DNA from: a virus
Lineage: Duplodnaviria; Heunggongvirae; Uroviricota; Caudoviricetes
IMG/VR virus record: IMGVR_UViG_3300011115_000934
Location: 33,983 to 97,982 of that record
Direction: 5' to 3' (one strand)
Length of the DNA stretch: 64,000 nt
In this document: positions 30,936 through 41,336 of the stretch, piece by piece
Layout of the letters: every line of letters starts with the position of its first letter
Numbering within the stretch: the stretch's first letter is position 1
Translations under genes and position numbers: made by a program
The notes under the pieces: model-generated
What the model was told of the DNA's origin: nothing
The model's database searches: none
Seen by the model: only the letters and a program-made list of their open reading frames with translations

Positions 30936-31160
30936 ATGGGACTATTAGATCTACTACCAACATCTAACTTAGGATTAGACGGAGCAACACCAGCAATCAT
31001 ACCAAGTGCTAATCGAACATCAACATTACATTATCAATCATCGATTAATGATCAACCAAATATCGATCAAAGCCCTTCTGCATTAGACTTAGATGGTATT
31101 AAACCAGTTATTTCTCCTACAGGACAGCAACTTCCATATCTAGATCATTTACCAGGATAA
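30936..31160 (+). CDS. Small tail-module protein
   Basis: 74 aa, TATTTATA at 30907, internal LGLDG/LDLDG repeat. Confidence 0.6.
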   Translation: MGLLDLLPTSNLGLDGATPAIIPSANRTSTLHYQSSINDQPNIDQSPSALDLDGIKPVISPTGQQLPYLDHLPG

Positions 31161-31171
31161 TAAAAGACTAA

Positions 31172-32749
31172 ATGGCAAACGGATTAATAAACTTACAAAC
31201 AGACCTTACAAGTCTGAAGTATGGCTCTATGCCTCTTGGAAGTGATAAGCCCTATATAACTAAAAACATAGGACAGGCACCAGGAAGTCAAATTGGAGCA
31301 GAGATTTCACATCGCATTGACGATGTTTCGCGTATTGCCAAAATGCTGGTAGATAAACCAGGTATAAAATTTTTACTACATGAAGCTTTACTTCAACAAG
31401 TAAATGTAGGAGATAAAATAAAAAAAGCACAAAAAGGAGGAAAATCTTTAGTTGGAGCAGTTCTTCAACAAGCAGGAAGCACCCTACTAACAACAGCTAA
31501 GATCGTAGGATCAACTCTAGCACAAGTTCCAGTAAATGGAACAGGTACCCATTTCTTAAGAGGATTTAGAACCGATACATACCTACAACCATCAGGGCCA
31601 GGCAACATCTCAGCCTTTGCTTCTTTCTTTGGAGCAGGAGGAATTGAAGGAGCACAATATGTTCTGAGAGGAGAAGTAGTACCTGGAGTAGTAGAAAAAG
31701 GAAAATCAAACTTCTACGCAGAGGATAATACAATAACATCTGGTATTGAATCGTTAGACTTATCAAAAACATCCAATACATATACGCCAAGTAAGGATTT
31801 TAACAAAGCAATAACTCCAGAGGGGCAGGCTAGTAGAGTAACTCAACCCGACATAGTACAGGGAAGTGTTTCAAACTTAACAACAGGTAGCTACGGTCCA
31901 GACAATCTTAACATAGTCCAACCAACAACCTCAACATATTCAGAAAGTAGTACATATCTGGATAAAGAGAAGAAATTACCTACATTTAATAAAAACGTAA
32001 CAAAAGAGTACAGACTAAGATCAGGAGATCAGGGAGCTGCAATTAGTGAGAAGAAACAAGCAGCAAGAAGAAAGAGCGAGTACTGGTTTATGTCAGATAC
32101 CACTAATCCAACCAGATCGTTAGAGGTAGATAGAATAAACGTATTACGACCAAATAACGGAAAGGTAACTGGAGAAAGAGAGGGAAGAGATTTAATTAAA
32201 TTTAGGTTTCACATTCTTACAGCAGATGGAAAAGAAAAGGTGCTATACTTTAGAGCATTTCTTGATTCTTTTGCAGACAACTACTCAGGACAATGGAATC
32301 CAGTTAAATATTTAGGTAGAGCAGAAGATTTTCAAATCTATAGTGGCTTTCAAAGAAAAATTTCACTATCTTTTAAAATAGCAGCAGCTACTAGGGTAGA
32401 GATGAAACCGATATATCAAAAAATGATCTGGCTTGCATCAGCAACCGCTCCAACATATGCAAATGATGGACAGTTTATGAGAGGAACTATTACAAAGATA
32501 ACGGTAGGAGATTATATCTACGAACTACCAGGAGTTTTAAATAGTGTAGGATATACCTGGAATACGGAGTATCCTTGGGAAATAGCAATGCTAGAACCAG
32601 AAGGAAAGCAAGGAGATCCAGAAATGCAAGAATTGCCAATGGTAATGGACTGTAGCATAGACTTCACACCAATACATACATTTACTCCTACAACAGGACT
32701 TAATAAGTTTATCACAGCAGGAACAACACCAGCAAACACATACATATAA
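31172..32749 (+). CDS. Baseplate tail-tube initiator-like protein
   Basis: C-terminal YFRAFLDSFADNY...WNPVKYLGRAE..QIYSGFQRKISLSF domain; synteny after the tape measure. Confidence 0.65.
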   Translation: MANGLINLQTDLTSLKYGSMPLGSDKPYITKNIGQAPGSQIGAEISHRIDDVSRIAKMLVDKPGIKFLLHEALLQQVNVGDKIKKAQKGGKSLVGAVLQQAGSTLLTTAKIVGSTLAQVPVNGTGTHFLRGFRTDTYLQPSGPGNISAFASFFGAGGIEGAQYVLRGEVVPGVVEKGKSNFYAEDNTITSGIESLDLSKTSNTYTPSKDFNKAITPEGQASRVTQPDIVQGSVSNLTTGSYGPDNLNIVQPTTSTYSESSTYLDKEKKLPTFNKNVTKEYRLRSGDQGAAISEKKQAARRKSEYWFMSDTTNPTRSLEVDRINVLRPNNGKVTGEREGRDLIKFRFHILTADGKEKVLYFRAFLDSFADNYSGQWNPVKYLGRAEDFQIYSGFQRKISLSFKIAAATRVEMKPIYQKMIWLASATAPTYANDGQFMRGTITKITVGDYIYELPGVLNSVGYTWNTEYPWEIAMLEPEGKQGDPEMQELPMVMDCSIDFTPIHTFTPTTGLNKFITAGTTPANTYI

Positions 32750-32758
32750 AGTACTGTT

Positions 32759-33055
32759 ATGAAAAGATACGAGAACATAAAAGTATTACAATCGCCTGAA
32801 GGAAAGCAGTATAGAACAACAACAGTCTATCCCGAAACTCCTATAAGCGAAAATGACTACTATATAATTACAACTGCAGGAGATCGGTACGATACTTTAG
32901 CAGATCAGTTCTATAGTGACTATACGCTTTGGTGGATAATAGCAGCAGCAAACAATTCTGAAAGAGCTTCGTTAATTGTAGAACCAGGAATTCAAATTAG
33001 AATACCGGGAAACCTAGATACAATTCTAAGCAACTTTGATAAGATAAATAGGTAA
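32759..33055 (+). CDS. LysM-like baseplate protein (gp53/P2 gpX-like)
   Basis: GDRYDTLADQFYSDYTLWWIIAAAN...GIQIRIP. Confidence 0.85.
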   Translation: MKRYENIKVLQSPEGKQYRTTTVYPETPISENDYYIITTAGDRYDTLADQFYSDYTLWWIIAAANNSERASLIVEPGIQIRIPGNLDTILSNFDKINR

Positions 33056-33062
33056 ATAAAAA

Positions 33063-35777
33063 ATGGCAGAAGGTAAAATTATAGGAGGACCTTTTAGCGA
33101 TGAAGTTATAACTCAACTAGATGTGAGAAGTAAAATTGTTTCTAAAGGTACTAGAACTAACGACGACTTGCAGTACATAACTGCAAAGACAGGTTGGGTT
33201 AAACTTACGTCGGGAGTAAATGTAGGAGGTTCTTCTGAACTAGCCAAGAAATATATTATGATTGGTGGTGTTAAAGGAAGGACAGGTACAGATACTTATA
33301 GCAATTTTACAGGAGAAAACGGAAAAGGTTTTAGACCAATGCCAGGTATTACAGGAGTTCAAATAAATTCACTAGGACAATTTGGACAATTAAAAGAAGC
33401 TACAGTCACTTTCAACTGCTGGGACAGATCTCAAATAACAGAACTAGAACTTCTTTTTATGAGACCAGGATTTACAGCACTACTTGAATGGGGCCACAGC
33501 ATATACGCAAAATCAGAAACAAACTTCATAAAAACACCAGAAACAATACAGTCCTTCTTTACTACAGGAACTACAAAGGAGACACTATACAATGAAATAA
33601 AGGCTTTAAAAAAGAAAAGCGGATGTAACTACGAAGGTATGTTTGGCTTCATAAAAAACTTTTCATGGACTTACCGACAAGATGGAGGATATGATTGTAC
33701 AACTAGCTTAGTCTCAATAGGAGAGATTATGGAATCTCTAACAATAGACATAGACACACCTGCAATTACAACAATAGTAGGATCGTCAGGAGGCCAAGCA
33801 AGAATTATACCTGCTACAATGCTACAGGATGTTTTACAAACAGTTCTAGCAAGTCAGTCAAAAAGTGCTTGGCCCGACATACGAACCAAATTCCCAGAGT
33901 TTGCATCTAAGCATATAACCGTTGGAGGAAGAGATACGTTAGATGTAGTAAAGCTATTTTTATCTAGCAAAAAAATAGCAGGTGTAGAAAATAAGGATAC
34001 AGGTCAAAGCTTCCACTACATGTCACTAAAAAGCTTTTGTGAATTAGTAAATACGCTTATTATTGTAGATAATAATAAGAAAAGTGTTATAAGGCTAAAT
34101 ACAGATATACTTCCAATTGGCGGAGACAACAAAACAATGCCTACCTGTAGATTCAGAACTTATAAATTTCATACATCAAGCGATCCAGGAGTTTGTGTTT
34201 TAATGACTGAAGGATCAAAAAACTGGCCTTACGAAGAAGGTCTTATGGCAGAAATGCTATCTAATAGAGAAGGATCTACTGATGAAATTCTTAATATATA
34301 TGTAAATGTAAATTTACTAGAAAGTGCAATGGCAAATCTAATTGCAATGCCAGAGAAGGGTGATAGAAATCTTCTAAATTTAATGAATCCTATCTTTGCA
34401 GAAATAAACTCTGCACTAGGAGAGATAAACGATATAGGATTGCAGTATGAAGAAGAGGAGTTTACATACTATATAGTTGATAGAAAAGTACAAGTAGAAA
34501 CAAAAGATGTTTCTATACTGAATGTTACAGGACTTAAGTCAACTGTCTCACAGTTCAACTTCACCACCAAACTATCTCCAGCCATTACAACTATGTGTGC
34601 AATATCAGCACAAGCAGGAGCAACAGATGTAGGGTTAGAAGCAGGAGCATTGTTAAGATGGAATGAAGGATTAGAGGATAGGATTATTACTAAAAAATCC
34701 ATGAAGGTTGATGAACCAGCTTTTCCAACTGTTCCAACAACTTTCCCAATAGCAGGAATACCACCACCATCAGCAGCTACTCCACCAACACCGGAACAAG
34801 AAAGAGCCACTCAGCAGACTGATAGAAGAAATACAATTAAAAACACACTAGCACAGGTATACAACAGTAAGCAGTACGATAGTGAAGCAGTAGCAGTTGC
34901 AAGAACACAGTATGGACAATTTTCAACAAATTACGTACAGTTTTATGCAGAAAGTGGAGAAAACGCAGGAAACGCAGGACCAGCAGGAATTATTCCTTTT
35001 CAAGTAGGAATTGAAATGGATGGAATCGGAGGTATAAAAATCGGACAAGCCTTTAGAATTAATCAAGGAATAATGCCATCTAAGTATGATGGAGTAGTAG
35101 GATTTATTGTAACTGGAATAGATCATAGTATTGCAGGAAATAGATGGGTAACCAATATAAAAGCACAGACAATTGTACTCAAAGGAACAACAGCGAAAGG
35201 TTCAGGACCAGCTTATTCAAACGACTTTAGTAAAACAGGAGTTTCTCAAACTGAGATAAAGGTAAAAAACTTTACACCATCAACAGCTATAAACTTATCA
35301 GCAGACTGGATAACTCTAGCCTCTCAGCTAATTAGTAGTAAAGAAGGATTTACCCAGACAGCAACTTGGGATATAAATGCATATCGATTGGGATATGGTA
35401 CAGATCAAATTTACGATCCAACTACCAAATCTATTAGAAAAGTAAAAAATGGAGATAGTACGACACCAAGTGCGGCAATTGCAGTACTAAAGCAGGAAAT
35501 AGAAACTACTTACTACGGTAGAGTAGTAGGAACTGGAGGTGCTACTAAAATAGGTAAAGCTGATTGGGAAAAATTAAACAACAAACAAAAAGCAGCTTTA
35601 ATAAGCTATGTATATAATGTAGGTAGTTTAAGGAAAAAAATAAGAGCAGCTGTAGTAGGCGGAGATTATAAACTAGCTGCTGAACAAATACAAGCAGGAC
35701 CTGTAACCGCTGGTGGGAAGATTCTTCCAGGACTAGTAACAAGAAGAGCGCAAGAAGCTTCAATATTTCTTGCATAG
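33063..35777 (+). CDS. Baseplate hub protein with a C-terminal GH24 lysozyme domain
   Basis: N-terminal RPMPGITGV...ATVTFNCW hub domain. C-terminal KEGFTQTATWDINAYRLGYG (E-x8-D), KQKAALISYVYNVG, GLVTRRAQEASIF. Confidence 0.85.
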   Translation: MAEGKIIGGPFSDEVITQLDVRSKIVSKGTRTNDDLQYITAKTGWVKLTSGVNVGGSSELAKKYIMIGGVKGRTGTDTYSNFTGENGKGFRPMPGITGVQINSLGQFGQLKEATVTFNCWDRSQITELELLFMRPGFTALLEWGHSIYAKSETNFIKTPETIQSFFTTGTTKETLYNEIKALKKKSGCNYEGMFGFIKNFSWTYRQDGGYDCTTSLVSIGEIMESLTIDIDTPAITTIVGSSGGQARIIPATMLQDVLQTVLASQSKSAWPDIRTKFPEFASKHITVGGRDTLDVVKLFLSSKKIAGVENKDTGQSFHYMSLKSFCELVNTLIIVDNNKKSVIRLNTDILPIGGDNKTMPTCRFRTYKFHTSSDPGVCVLMTEGSKNWPYEEGLMAEMLSNREGSTDEILNIYVNVNLLESAMANLIAMPEKGDRNLLNLMNPIFAEINSALGEINDIGLQYEEEEFTYYIVDRKVQVETKDVSILNVTGLKSTVSQFNFTTKLSPAITTMCAISAQAGATDVGLEAGALLRWNEGLEDRIITKKSMKVDEPAFPTVPTTFPIAGIPPPSAATPPTPEQERATQQTDRRNTIKNTLAQVYNSKQYDSEAVAVARTQYGQFSTNYVQFYAESGENAGNAGPAGIIPFQVGIEMDGIGGIKIGQAFRINQGIMPSKYDGVVGFIVTGIDHSIAGNRWVTNIKAQTIVLKGTTAKGSGPAYSNDFSKTGVSQTEIKVKNFTPSTAINLSADWITLASQLISSKEGFTQTATWDINAYRLGYGTDQIYDPTTKSIRKVKNGDSTTPSAAIAVLKQEIETTYYGRVVGTGGATKIGKADWEKLNNKQKAALISYVYNVGSLRKKIRAAVVGGDYKLAAEQIQAGPVTAGGKILPGLVTRRAQEASIFLA

Positions 35778-35790
35778 ATAATAGAAACAA

Positions 35791-36450
35791 ATGGCAAATA
35801 CTCCAAAACGATATATACCAAAGTCGAAGTATAAAAAACCAAAATCTACAAGTGGAGGTGATTTTATTGAGCTAGAGTCTAAAAAACCATACAAAGGATT
35901 CTATATAGAAACCTACAAAGGAAAATTCTACGCAGGAAAGAGGCCAGAGGAAAACGGATTAGAATTGCAAAAACTTCCAAAAAAATCTTTAGGATTACCC
36001 CTAGGACTACTAGCACTATTTAGAGGATTTTTTAAGAAGAAGCCAACCCAATCTGAAATAGATAAAGGAATAATGAAGAGGTATTTTATACAAGATAAAA
36101 ACAACTATAAGGTACAAGAAACAGATTCAGACACCTATCAACAGGCTAAGGAAGTTCTTGTAAATAGTACCTTTGCAGAAATAGATTGGATACTAAAAGG
36201 ACCAGCTGAGGATACAATATTTGGGAACTATAAGTACGAAGGAGCAACATCAAAAAATAGAAAAGCAATTAAAGCACTAGAGAAAGTAATGCCTGGAATT
36301 TCAACCTTTGTGACAGACTACACATACTTAGTAGAAGAGCCAGTAGTAGCTGCACAACAGCAAGAAAAGACATCAGAAACTTTTATAGAACGAGATGTAG
36401 ATATTCAACTAGATAATGATCGAAAAGCAAATTTCGATACTAGAGAATAA
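35791..36450 (+). CDS. Hypothetical protein
   Basis: 219 aa ORF at the end of the tail module. Confidence 0.65.
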   Translation: MANTPKRYIPKSKYKKPKSTSGGDFIELESKKPYKGFYIETYKGKFYAGKRPEENGLELQKLPKKSLGLPLGLLALFRGFFKKKPTQSEIDKGIMKRYFIQDKNNYKVQETDSDTYQQAKEVLVNSTFAEIDWILKGPAEDTIFGNYKYEGATSKNRKAIKALEKVMPGISTFVTDYTYLVEEPVVAAQQQEKTSETFIERDVDIQLDNDRKANFDTRE

Positions 36451-36460
36451 AAATACAACA

Positions 36461-36487
36461 ACGCTTGCTTCGGTAAGCGTTTTTTTG
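36461..36487 (+). terminator. Rho-independent terminator
   Basis: ACGCTTGC-TTCG-GTAAGCGT followed by TTTTTT. Confidence 0.85.
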
Positions 36488-36513
36488 TATATTATAAAAA
36501 AAGGTTATAAGAT

Positions 36514-37839
36514 ATGTTCTATATTATAGAAACAGACGAGCAAATACAATTGCTTAAAAATTTAGGTAGGAAAGGGGGGTACGTAGAGGTTATTTCTTCA
36601 AATGATAATTACCATCCACTTCTTACATCTACAGTAGCAGTTTACCTAAGACCTTTAGATCACCATGAGGGATACATTATTCCAATAAATCATGATGAGG
36701 GATTAAATTTAGATAAAAATTGTGTCTATGACATTCTAAAACAATACACAACACTTTATACTTTGGATAAGAAACAGTTGATGTATCACTTTGTACTACC
36801 TTCTGTAATAGATCTTTCTTTACTTTATTCAATGACCAACTACAATAGGTTGGAACTTGCAAGATCAAACTCAACTTGCAACTGGTACTACAATCGTTTT
36901 TATCAATTCAAACAAATAAATGCTATTATTCCAATATCAAAGTTGTTTGAGAAATGTGAAGATAATTATAATACGGTATATCGTATATTGCAATATGAAA
37001 TACCAAATGGGTTTGACTTTTACAACAAAACAGCAACCTCGGTTTTCTTTATGATAGAAAGAGCTGGTTTAAGAATAATTCACGAACAATTTTTACAACT
37101 TTTTAAACCTAATAATGAATCCTATAGTATCGAGGATAATATTGTTTACACATCGTATAATCTGTATAACACTACATCTCGTCCGACAAATGCTTTTAAT
37201 TCTATAAACTTCGCAGCAATACCAAAAGCTCCTGAGTTTAGAAAAACAATTATACCTCAGAACGATGTATTTGTGGAGATGGACTTTGATGGCTATCACT
37301 TACGATTACTATGCGAACAAATAGGCTATCCACTAACAGATGAATCTGCACACATTCAATTAGCAAGACTTTACTTTGGAAAGGATGAAATAGCTGAAGA
37401 TGAATACGCAAAAGCAAAACAAATTAACTTCCATGCAATTTATGGAAAGATTCCACCTGAGTATGCTTTCCTAGATGTGTTTGAAAAAATACAAAATTAC
37501 ATAGATAGACTTTGGCAGCATTTCCAAGAAAAGGGATATGTGGAAGATCCAATCTCAGGTAAAAGATTTACTAGTGAATTGAAAGAGATGCATCCACAAA
37601 AGCTAATGAATTACATGATGCAGAGCTTGGAAACTAGCAGAAATATACTTATATTAAAAGATGTGTTAATGTTTCTCCAAGATAAAAAAAGTAAACTAGC
37701 ACTTTATACGTACGACGCCGTGATCTTCGATTTTGATAAATCAGACGGAAAAGATACTTTAGAATCTTTAGAAAAAATAATGAACCAAGGAGGAAAGTAT
37801 CCTATCAAGTTCAAATACAGTAATAACCTAGTTTTGTAA
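36514..37839 (+). CDS. polA: Divergent family A DNA polymerase (no 5'-3' exonuclease domain)
   Basis: YNLYNTTSRPT, motif A MDFDGYHLRLL, motif B KAKQINFHAIYG, NYMMQSLE, motif C YTYDAVIFD. Confidence 0.8.
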   Translation: MFYIIETDEQIQLLKNLGRKGGYVEVISSNDNYHPLLTSTVAVYLRPLDHHEGYIIPINHDEGLNLDKNCVYDILKQYTTLYTLDKKQLMYHFVLPSVIDLSLLYSMTNYNRLELARSNSTCNWYYNRFYQFKQINAIIPISKLFEKCEDNYNTVYRILQYEIPNGFDFYNKTATSVFFMIERAGLRIIHEQFLQLFKPNNESYSIEDNIVYTSYNLYNTTSRPTNAFNSINFAAIPKAPEFRKTIIPQNDVFVEMDFDGYHLRLLCEQIGYPLTDESAHIQLARLYFGKDEIAEDEYAKAKQINFHAIYGKIPPEYAFLDVFEKIQNYIDRLWQHFQEKGYVEDPISGKRFTSELKEMHPQKLMNYMMQSLETSRNILILKDVLMFLQDKKSKLALYTYDAVIFDFDKSDGKDTLESLEKIMNQGGKYPIKFKYSNNLVL

Positions 37840-37858
37840 AATAAAAACATATTTATAA

Positions 37859-38314
37859 ATGATACAAATAGATGTAGCGCCAACAATGTTCGATTACGAT
37901 ATCGAATATAATTTCAATTACGCCGACATGAGCAATAAGTTATTTTGTACTTTTTCATCTGAACAACAATTGGATGAGATTTTAAGTACAATACAAACCA
38001 AATACAAGATCATTTATAATAAGATTTTTGTTCTCTATTCAAAGAGCCAAGATGAATATATCTGTACATATAACGTAGAATTTGGAAACGTTTCTAATTT
38101 CCTAGAAAATACTATTCTAGTTCATAGAAAAAAAGAAAGCAATTCTCTATATACAATTAATTCACTTAACAGATTGATTGAGTCCTTAAACGGAGGAGTA
38201 TTGGATACAAGTTACAAAATAAACTGGATGGATTATCAAAATTGTATATTATTGACCAAAGGAAATGAATTAAAGCGAGTAAATACTAAACTTTTTCGTA
38301 TTATAGAGTTATAA
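37859..38314 (+). CDS. Conserved phage hypothetical protein
   Basis: KLFCTF...ICTYNV...HRKKESNSLYTINSLN; the true start may be the later MSNKLF. Confidence 0.6.
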   Translation: MIQIDVAPTMFDYDIEYNFNYADMSNKLFCTFSSEQQLDEILSTIQTKYKIIYNKIFVLYSKSQDEYICTYNVEFGNVSNFLENTILVHRKKESNSLYTINSLNRLIESLNGGVLDTSYKINWMDYQNCILLTKGNELKRVNTKLFRIIEL

Positions 38315-38318
38315 GTAA

Positions 38319-38606
38319 ATGGAATCATTTGATATAGCAAAATGGAAGAAGAACTTCCTAACTGAGAATACACAAGAAAAGTACCAAGTAGTATTTCACG
38401 ATTACGGTGGAGATGATGTTCCCTATACTGAAAAATTGTTTGATACTGAAATGGAAGCTGATAAGTTTGCTCAAGAGTACGAATCTGATGAAGAGGTAGA
38501 GGTTTATAGGGATGGTGATTACAGATACGAAACCAGATATAGATATTACAATCCCGAAGATAGGGAATCTTATTTTGGATATCACATAGAAAAAGTGGCG
38601 GTTTAG
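38319..38606 (+). CDS. Small acidic hypothetical protein
   Basis: N-terminus MESFDIAKWKKNFLTE. Confidence 0.65.
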   Translation: MESFDIAKWKKNFLTENTQEKYQVVFHDYGGDDVPYTEKLFDTEMEADKFAQEYESDEEVEVYRDGDYRYETRYRYYNPEDRESYFGYHIEKVAV

Positions 38607-38633
38607 TAAAAAAATTGCTATTTATATTAAATA

Positions 38634-38722
38634 AGAGTACTGCAACCACTCTATAAAAACATTACGGAGATTTTAAAATAATACCTTGTTGCAGAGGGTC
38701 TATTTTAATTTCTCCTTTTTTT
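38634..38722 (+). promoter_or_regulatory. Structured leader (two hairpins with complementary loops, ending in a terminator) upstream of the GIY-YIG gene
   Basis: AGAGT/ACTCT hairpin with loop CTGCAAC; GGAGA..TTAAAATA/TATTTTAA..TCTCC hairpin with loop GTTGCAG, then T7. Confidence 0.5.
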
Positions 38723-38729
38723 ATTTAAT

Positions 38730-39356
38730 ATGATAGGAATTTATAAAATAACAAATCCAAAAGGGAAAATTTACATAGGACAGAGTGTACATATCCAAAA
38801 CAGGTTTAGTGCGTATAGGAGATTATCAAACTGCTCAGAACAACATAAACTTTACAGATCTTTTTTAAAGTATGGTGTAGAGTTTCATATTTTTGAAGTA
38901 CTAGAAGAGTGTGTAGTAGAAAAACTTAATCAACAAGAAAGATATTGGCAAGACTTTCATAATGCAGTAGCAGAAGGACTAAACTGCATGCTAACAGGAG
39001 TGGATGATCGAATAGGAAGCCACTCACAGGAAACGATAGAGAAAATGCGAATAGCAGCAAAAGGAAGGCCAAAGTCGTTAGAGCATATAGAAAAAATAAG
39101 ACAAGCAAGATTGGGAACCAAGCAATCAGCTGAAACAAGAGAGAAAAGAAAACAGACTCTAAAAGTTATTTGTAGTTCTAAAGAATTCCTAGATAAAGTA
39201 ACAAGAAGAGCCGTTCTACAAATAAAAGACTCAGAAGTTGTACAGGAATTTCCATCCATACTAACTGCTAAGCAGCTTACTGGAATAACCACAATAGGTG
39301 ATTGTTTAGCAGGTAGAATAAAAGTTGCAGGAGGATTTATTTGGAAATATAAATAA
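38730..39356 (+). CDS. GIY-YIG homing endonuclease
   Basis: MIGIYKITNPKGKIYIGQS, ERYWQD, GLNC, NUMOD3-like repeats, C-terminal NUMOD1 (AGGFIWKY). Confidence 0.92.
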   Translation: MIGIYKITNPKGKIYIGQSVHIQNRFSAYRRLSNCSEQHKLYRSFLKYGVEFHIFEVLEECVVEKLNQQERYWQDFHNAVAEGLNCMLTGVDDRIGSHSQETIEKMRIAAKGRPKSLEHIEKIRQARLGTKQSAETREKRKQTLKVICSSKEFLDKVTRRAVLQIKDSEVVQEFPSILTAKQLTGITTIGDCLAGRIKVAGGFIWKYK

Positions 39357-39432
39357 AAGGAGTTGTAAAATTGAAAAAGGTTTCGTATATTAATAAAAAG
39401 TAAAATAAAGTTAAATTAAAAAAAGTTACATT

Positions 39433-40263
39433 ATGGATTTGAATGCAATTAAAAACAAGCTTGCCGCTCTAAACAGTGCAGGAAATCAAGATCGTGAAAA
39501 AGTTGATTTTGATAAAATTTACTGGAAACCAGTAAACGGAAAATCAACCATACGCATAGTTCCTTCAGCATTTAACGCTGCAGACCCCTTTACGGAACTA
39601 AAGCTACATTACAATATTGGCCGTTTTCCTATGATGTCCCTTTCCAATTATGGAAAACAAGATCCAATCGAAGAGTTTGTAAAAGAATTAAGAAAAACAT
39701 CCGATAAAGATAATTGGTCTTTGTCAGGAAAGTTGTCTCCTAAATCAAGATTCTTTGCTCCTGTTGTTGTAAGAGGAGAAGAAGAAAAAGGAGTTCGTCT
39801 TTGGTCATTCGGAGTAAACATTTATAAAGCATTACTTGCTTTAGCAGAAGATGAAGACATCGGAGATTTTACAGACGTAATGAGTGGATGGGATATGGTT
39901 GTAGAAAATACACCAGCTGCAGGACCAGGTCAGTTCCCAAGCACTACGGTTCGTATTAAACCAAAACAAACAGTATTGTCAGAAGACGACAGTAAAGTAA
40001 ACTCTTGGTTAAAAGATCAACCAAACGCATTAGAAGTACAAACCCAGTACGACTATGAATTTATCAAGAAAAAATTACAAGAGTACTTGAATCCAGGAGA
40101 GGAAGTTGCTGAAGCACCTGCAACTCCAACTGAGGCAATAGCACCAGTAGTAGAACCAGACCTGTCAGCAACTTTAGGAAATCAAAAAACAGATTTTACT
40201 TTAGAGACTGCTACAGAAGGAAACAAAAGTACAGTTAATAAATTTGACGATTTATTCAACTAA
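39433..40263 (+). CDS. gp32: Single-stranded DNA-binding protein (gp32-like)
   Basis: YWKP...TIRIVP, DPIEE, GVRLWSFG, acidic C-terminus FDDLFN. Confidence 0.85.
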   Translation: MDLNAIKNKLAALNSAGNQDREKVDFDKIYWKPVNGKSTIRIVPSAFNAADPFTELKLHYNIGRFPMMSLSNYGKQDPIEEFVKELRKTSDKDNWSLSGKLSPKSRFFAPVVVRGEEEKGVRLWSFGVNIYKALLALAEDEDIGDFTDVMSGWDMVVENTPAAGPGQFPSTTVRIKPKQTVLSEDDSKVNSWLKDQPNALEVQTQYDYEFIKKKLQEYLNPGEEVAEAPATPTEAIAPVVEPDLSATLGNQKTDFTLETATEGNKSTVNKFDDLFN

Positions 40264-40265
40264 GA

Positions 40266-41336
40266 ATGGCAAAAGCAAAATCACAAACCGCTAGCGAAAT
40301 AATCAAAGGCGGTTTTAGTTTGGACAACTTTAAAAAAAATAAAGGCTTTTCTAATACTTCAGTAAAGTTCAAGAGTCAGGATTGGATTAAAGTTTCAGAT
40401 GCATTCTCAGAAGTAACATCTCTCAAAGGAATTCCTATGGGACATATTACACTTCTAAGAGGACATTCAGATACAGGAAAAACAACCTTACTATTAGAAG
40501 CAGCAGTCCAAGCACAGAAAAGACAAATCCTTCCAGTATTCATTATTACTGAGATGAAATGGTCATGGCCACATGCTCAAATGATGGGTCTTGAGGTTCA
40601 AGAAGTTGTTGATGAGGAAACAGGAGAAATAACTGACTACAAAGGATTTTTCTTATATGCAGATAGAGGAACTCTAAATACAATAGAAGACGTAGCAGTT
40701 TATATCTTAGACTTAATCGATGAACAAAAGAAAGGAAACCTTCCTTACGATTTATGTTTCTTCTGGGATTCAGTTGGATCAGTTCCATGTGACCTATCTG
40801 TGAGATCAAATAAGAACAATAACGAATGGAATGCTGGAGCAATGTCAACTCAATTTGGAAATAACGTAAACCAAAAGATTATGTTATCAAGAAAAGAAGC
40901 AAGCAAGTACACCAATACATTAGTAGCAATCAATAAAGTTTGGACTGCAAAACCTGAACATCCAATGGGACAACCTCGTTTGGAGAATAAAGGAGGAAAA
41001 ACAATGTGGTATGATTCAACAGTAATCGTTACGTTTGGAAACATAACAAACTCAGGAACCAGTAAGATCAAAGCAGTTGCAAAAGGAAAAGAGTTTGAAT
41101 TTGCTAAAAGAACTAAAGTTCAGATAGAGAAGAACCACATCGATGGTATCCAATCAAGAGGAGCGATTATTATGACCAGTCATGGATTCATTGCAGACGA
41201 TAAGAAAGCAATTGATACATATAAGGATGCTCATAAAGGATCTTGGGCTAACACATTAGGCTCTACAGACTTTACGGTAATGGTAGAAGCAGATGTAGAA
41301 GAGGATACAACTAACCTAGAAGCATTAGATGATTAA
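40266..41336 (+). CDS. uvsX: RecA/UvsX-like recombinase
   Basis: P-loop GHSDTGKT, FFWDSVGS, VAINKVW, GGKTMWYDS. Confidence 0.88.
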   Translation: MAKAKSQTASEIIKGGFSLDNFKKNKGFSNTSVKFKSQDWIKVSDAFSEVTSLKGIPMGHITLLRGHSDTGKTTLLLEAAVQAQKRQILPVFIITEMKWSWPHAQMMGLEVQEVVDEETGEITDYKGFFLYADRGTLNTIEDVAVYILDLIDEQKKGNLPYDLCFFWDSVGSVPCDLSVRSNKNNNEWNAGAMSTQFGNNVNQKIMLSRKEASKYTNTLVAINKVWTAKPEHPMGQPRLENKGGKTMWYDSTVIVTFGNITNSGTSKIKAVAKGKEFEFAKRTKVQIEKNHIDGIQSRGAIIMTSHGFIADDKKAIDTYKDAHKGSWANTLGSTDFTVMVEADVEEDTTNLEALDD

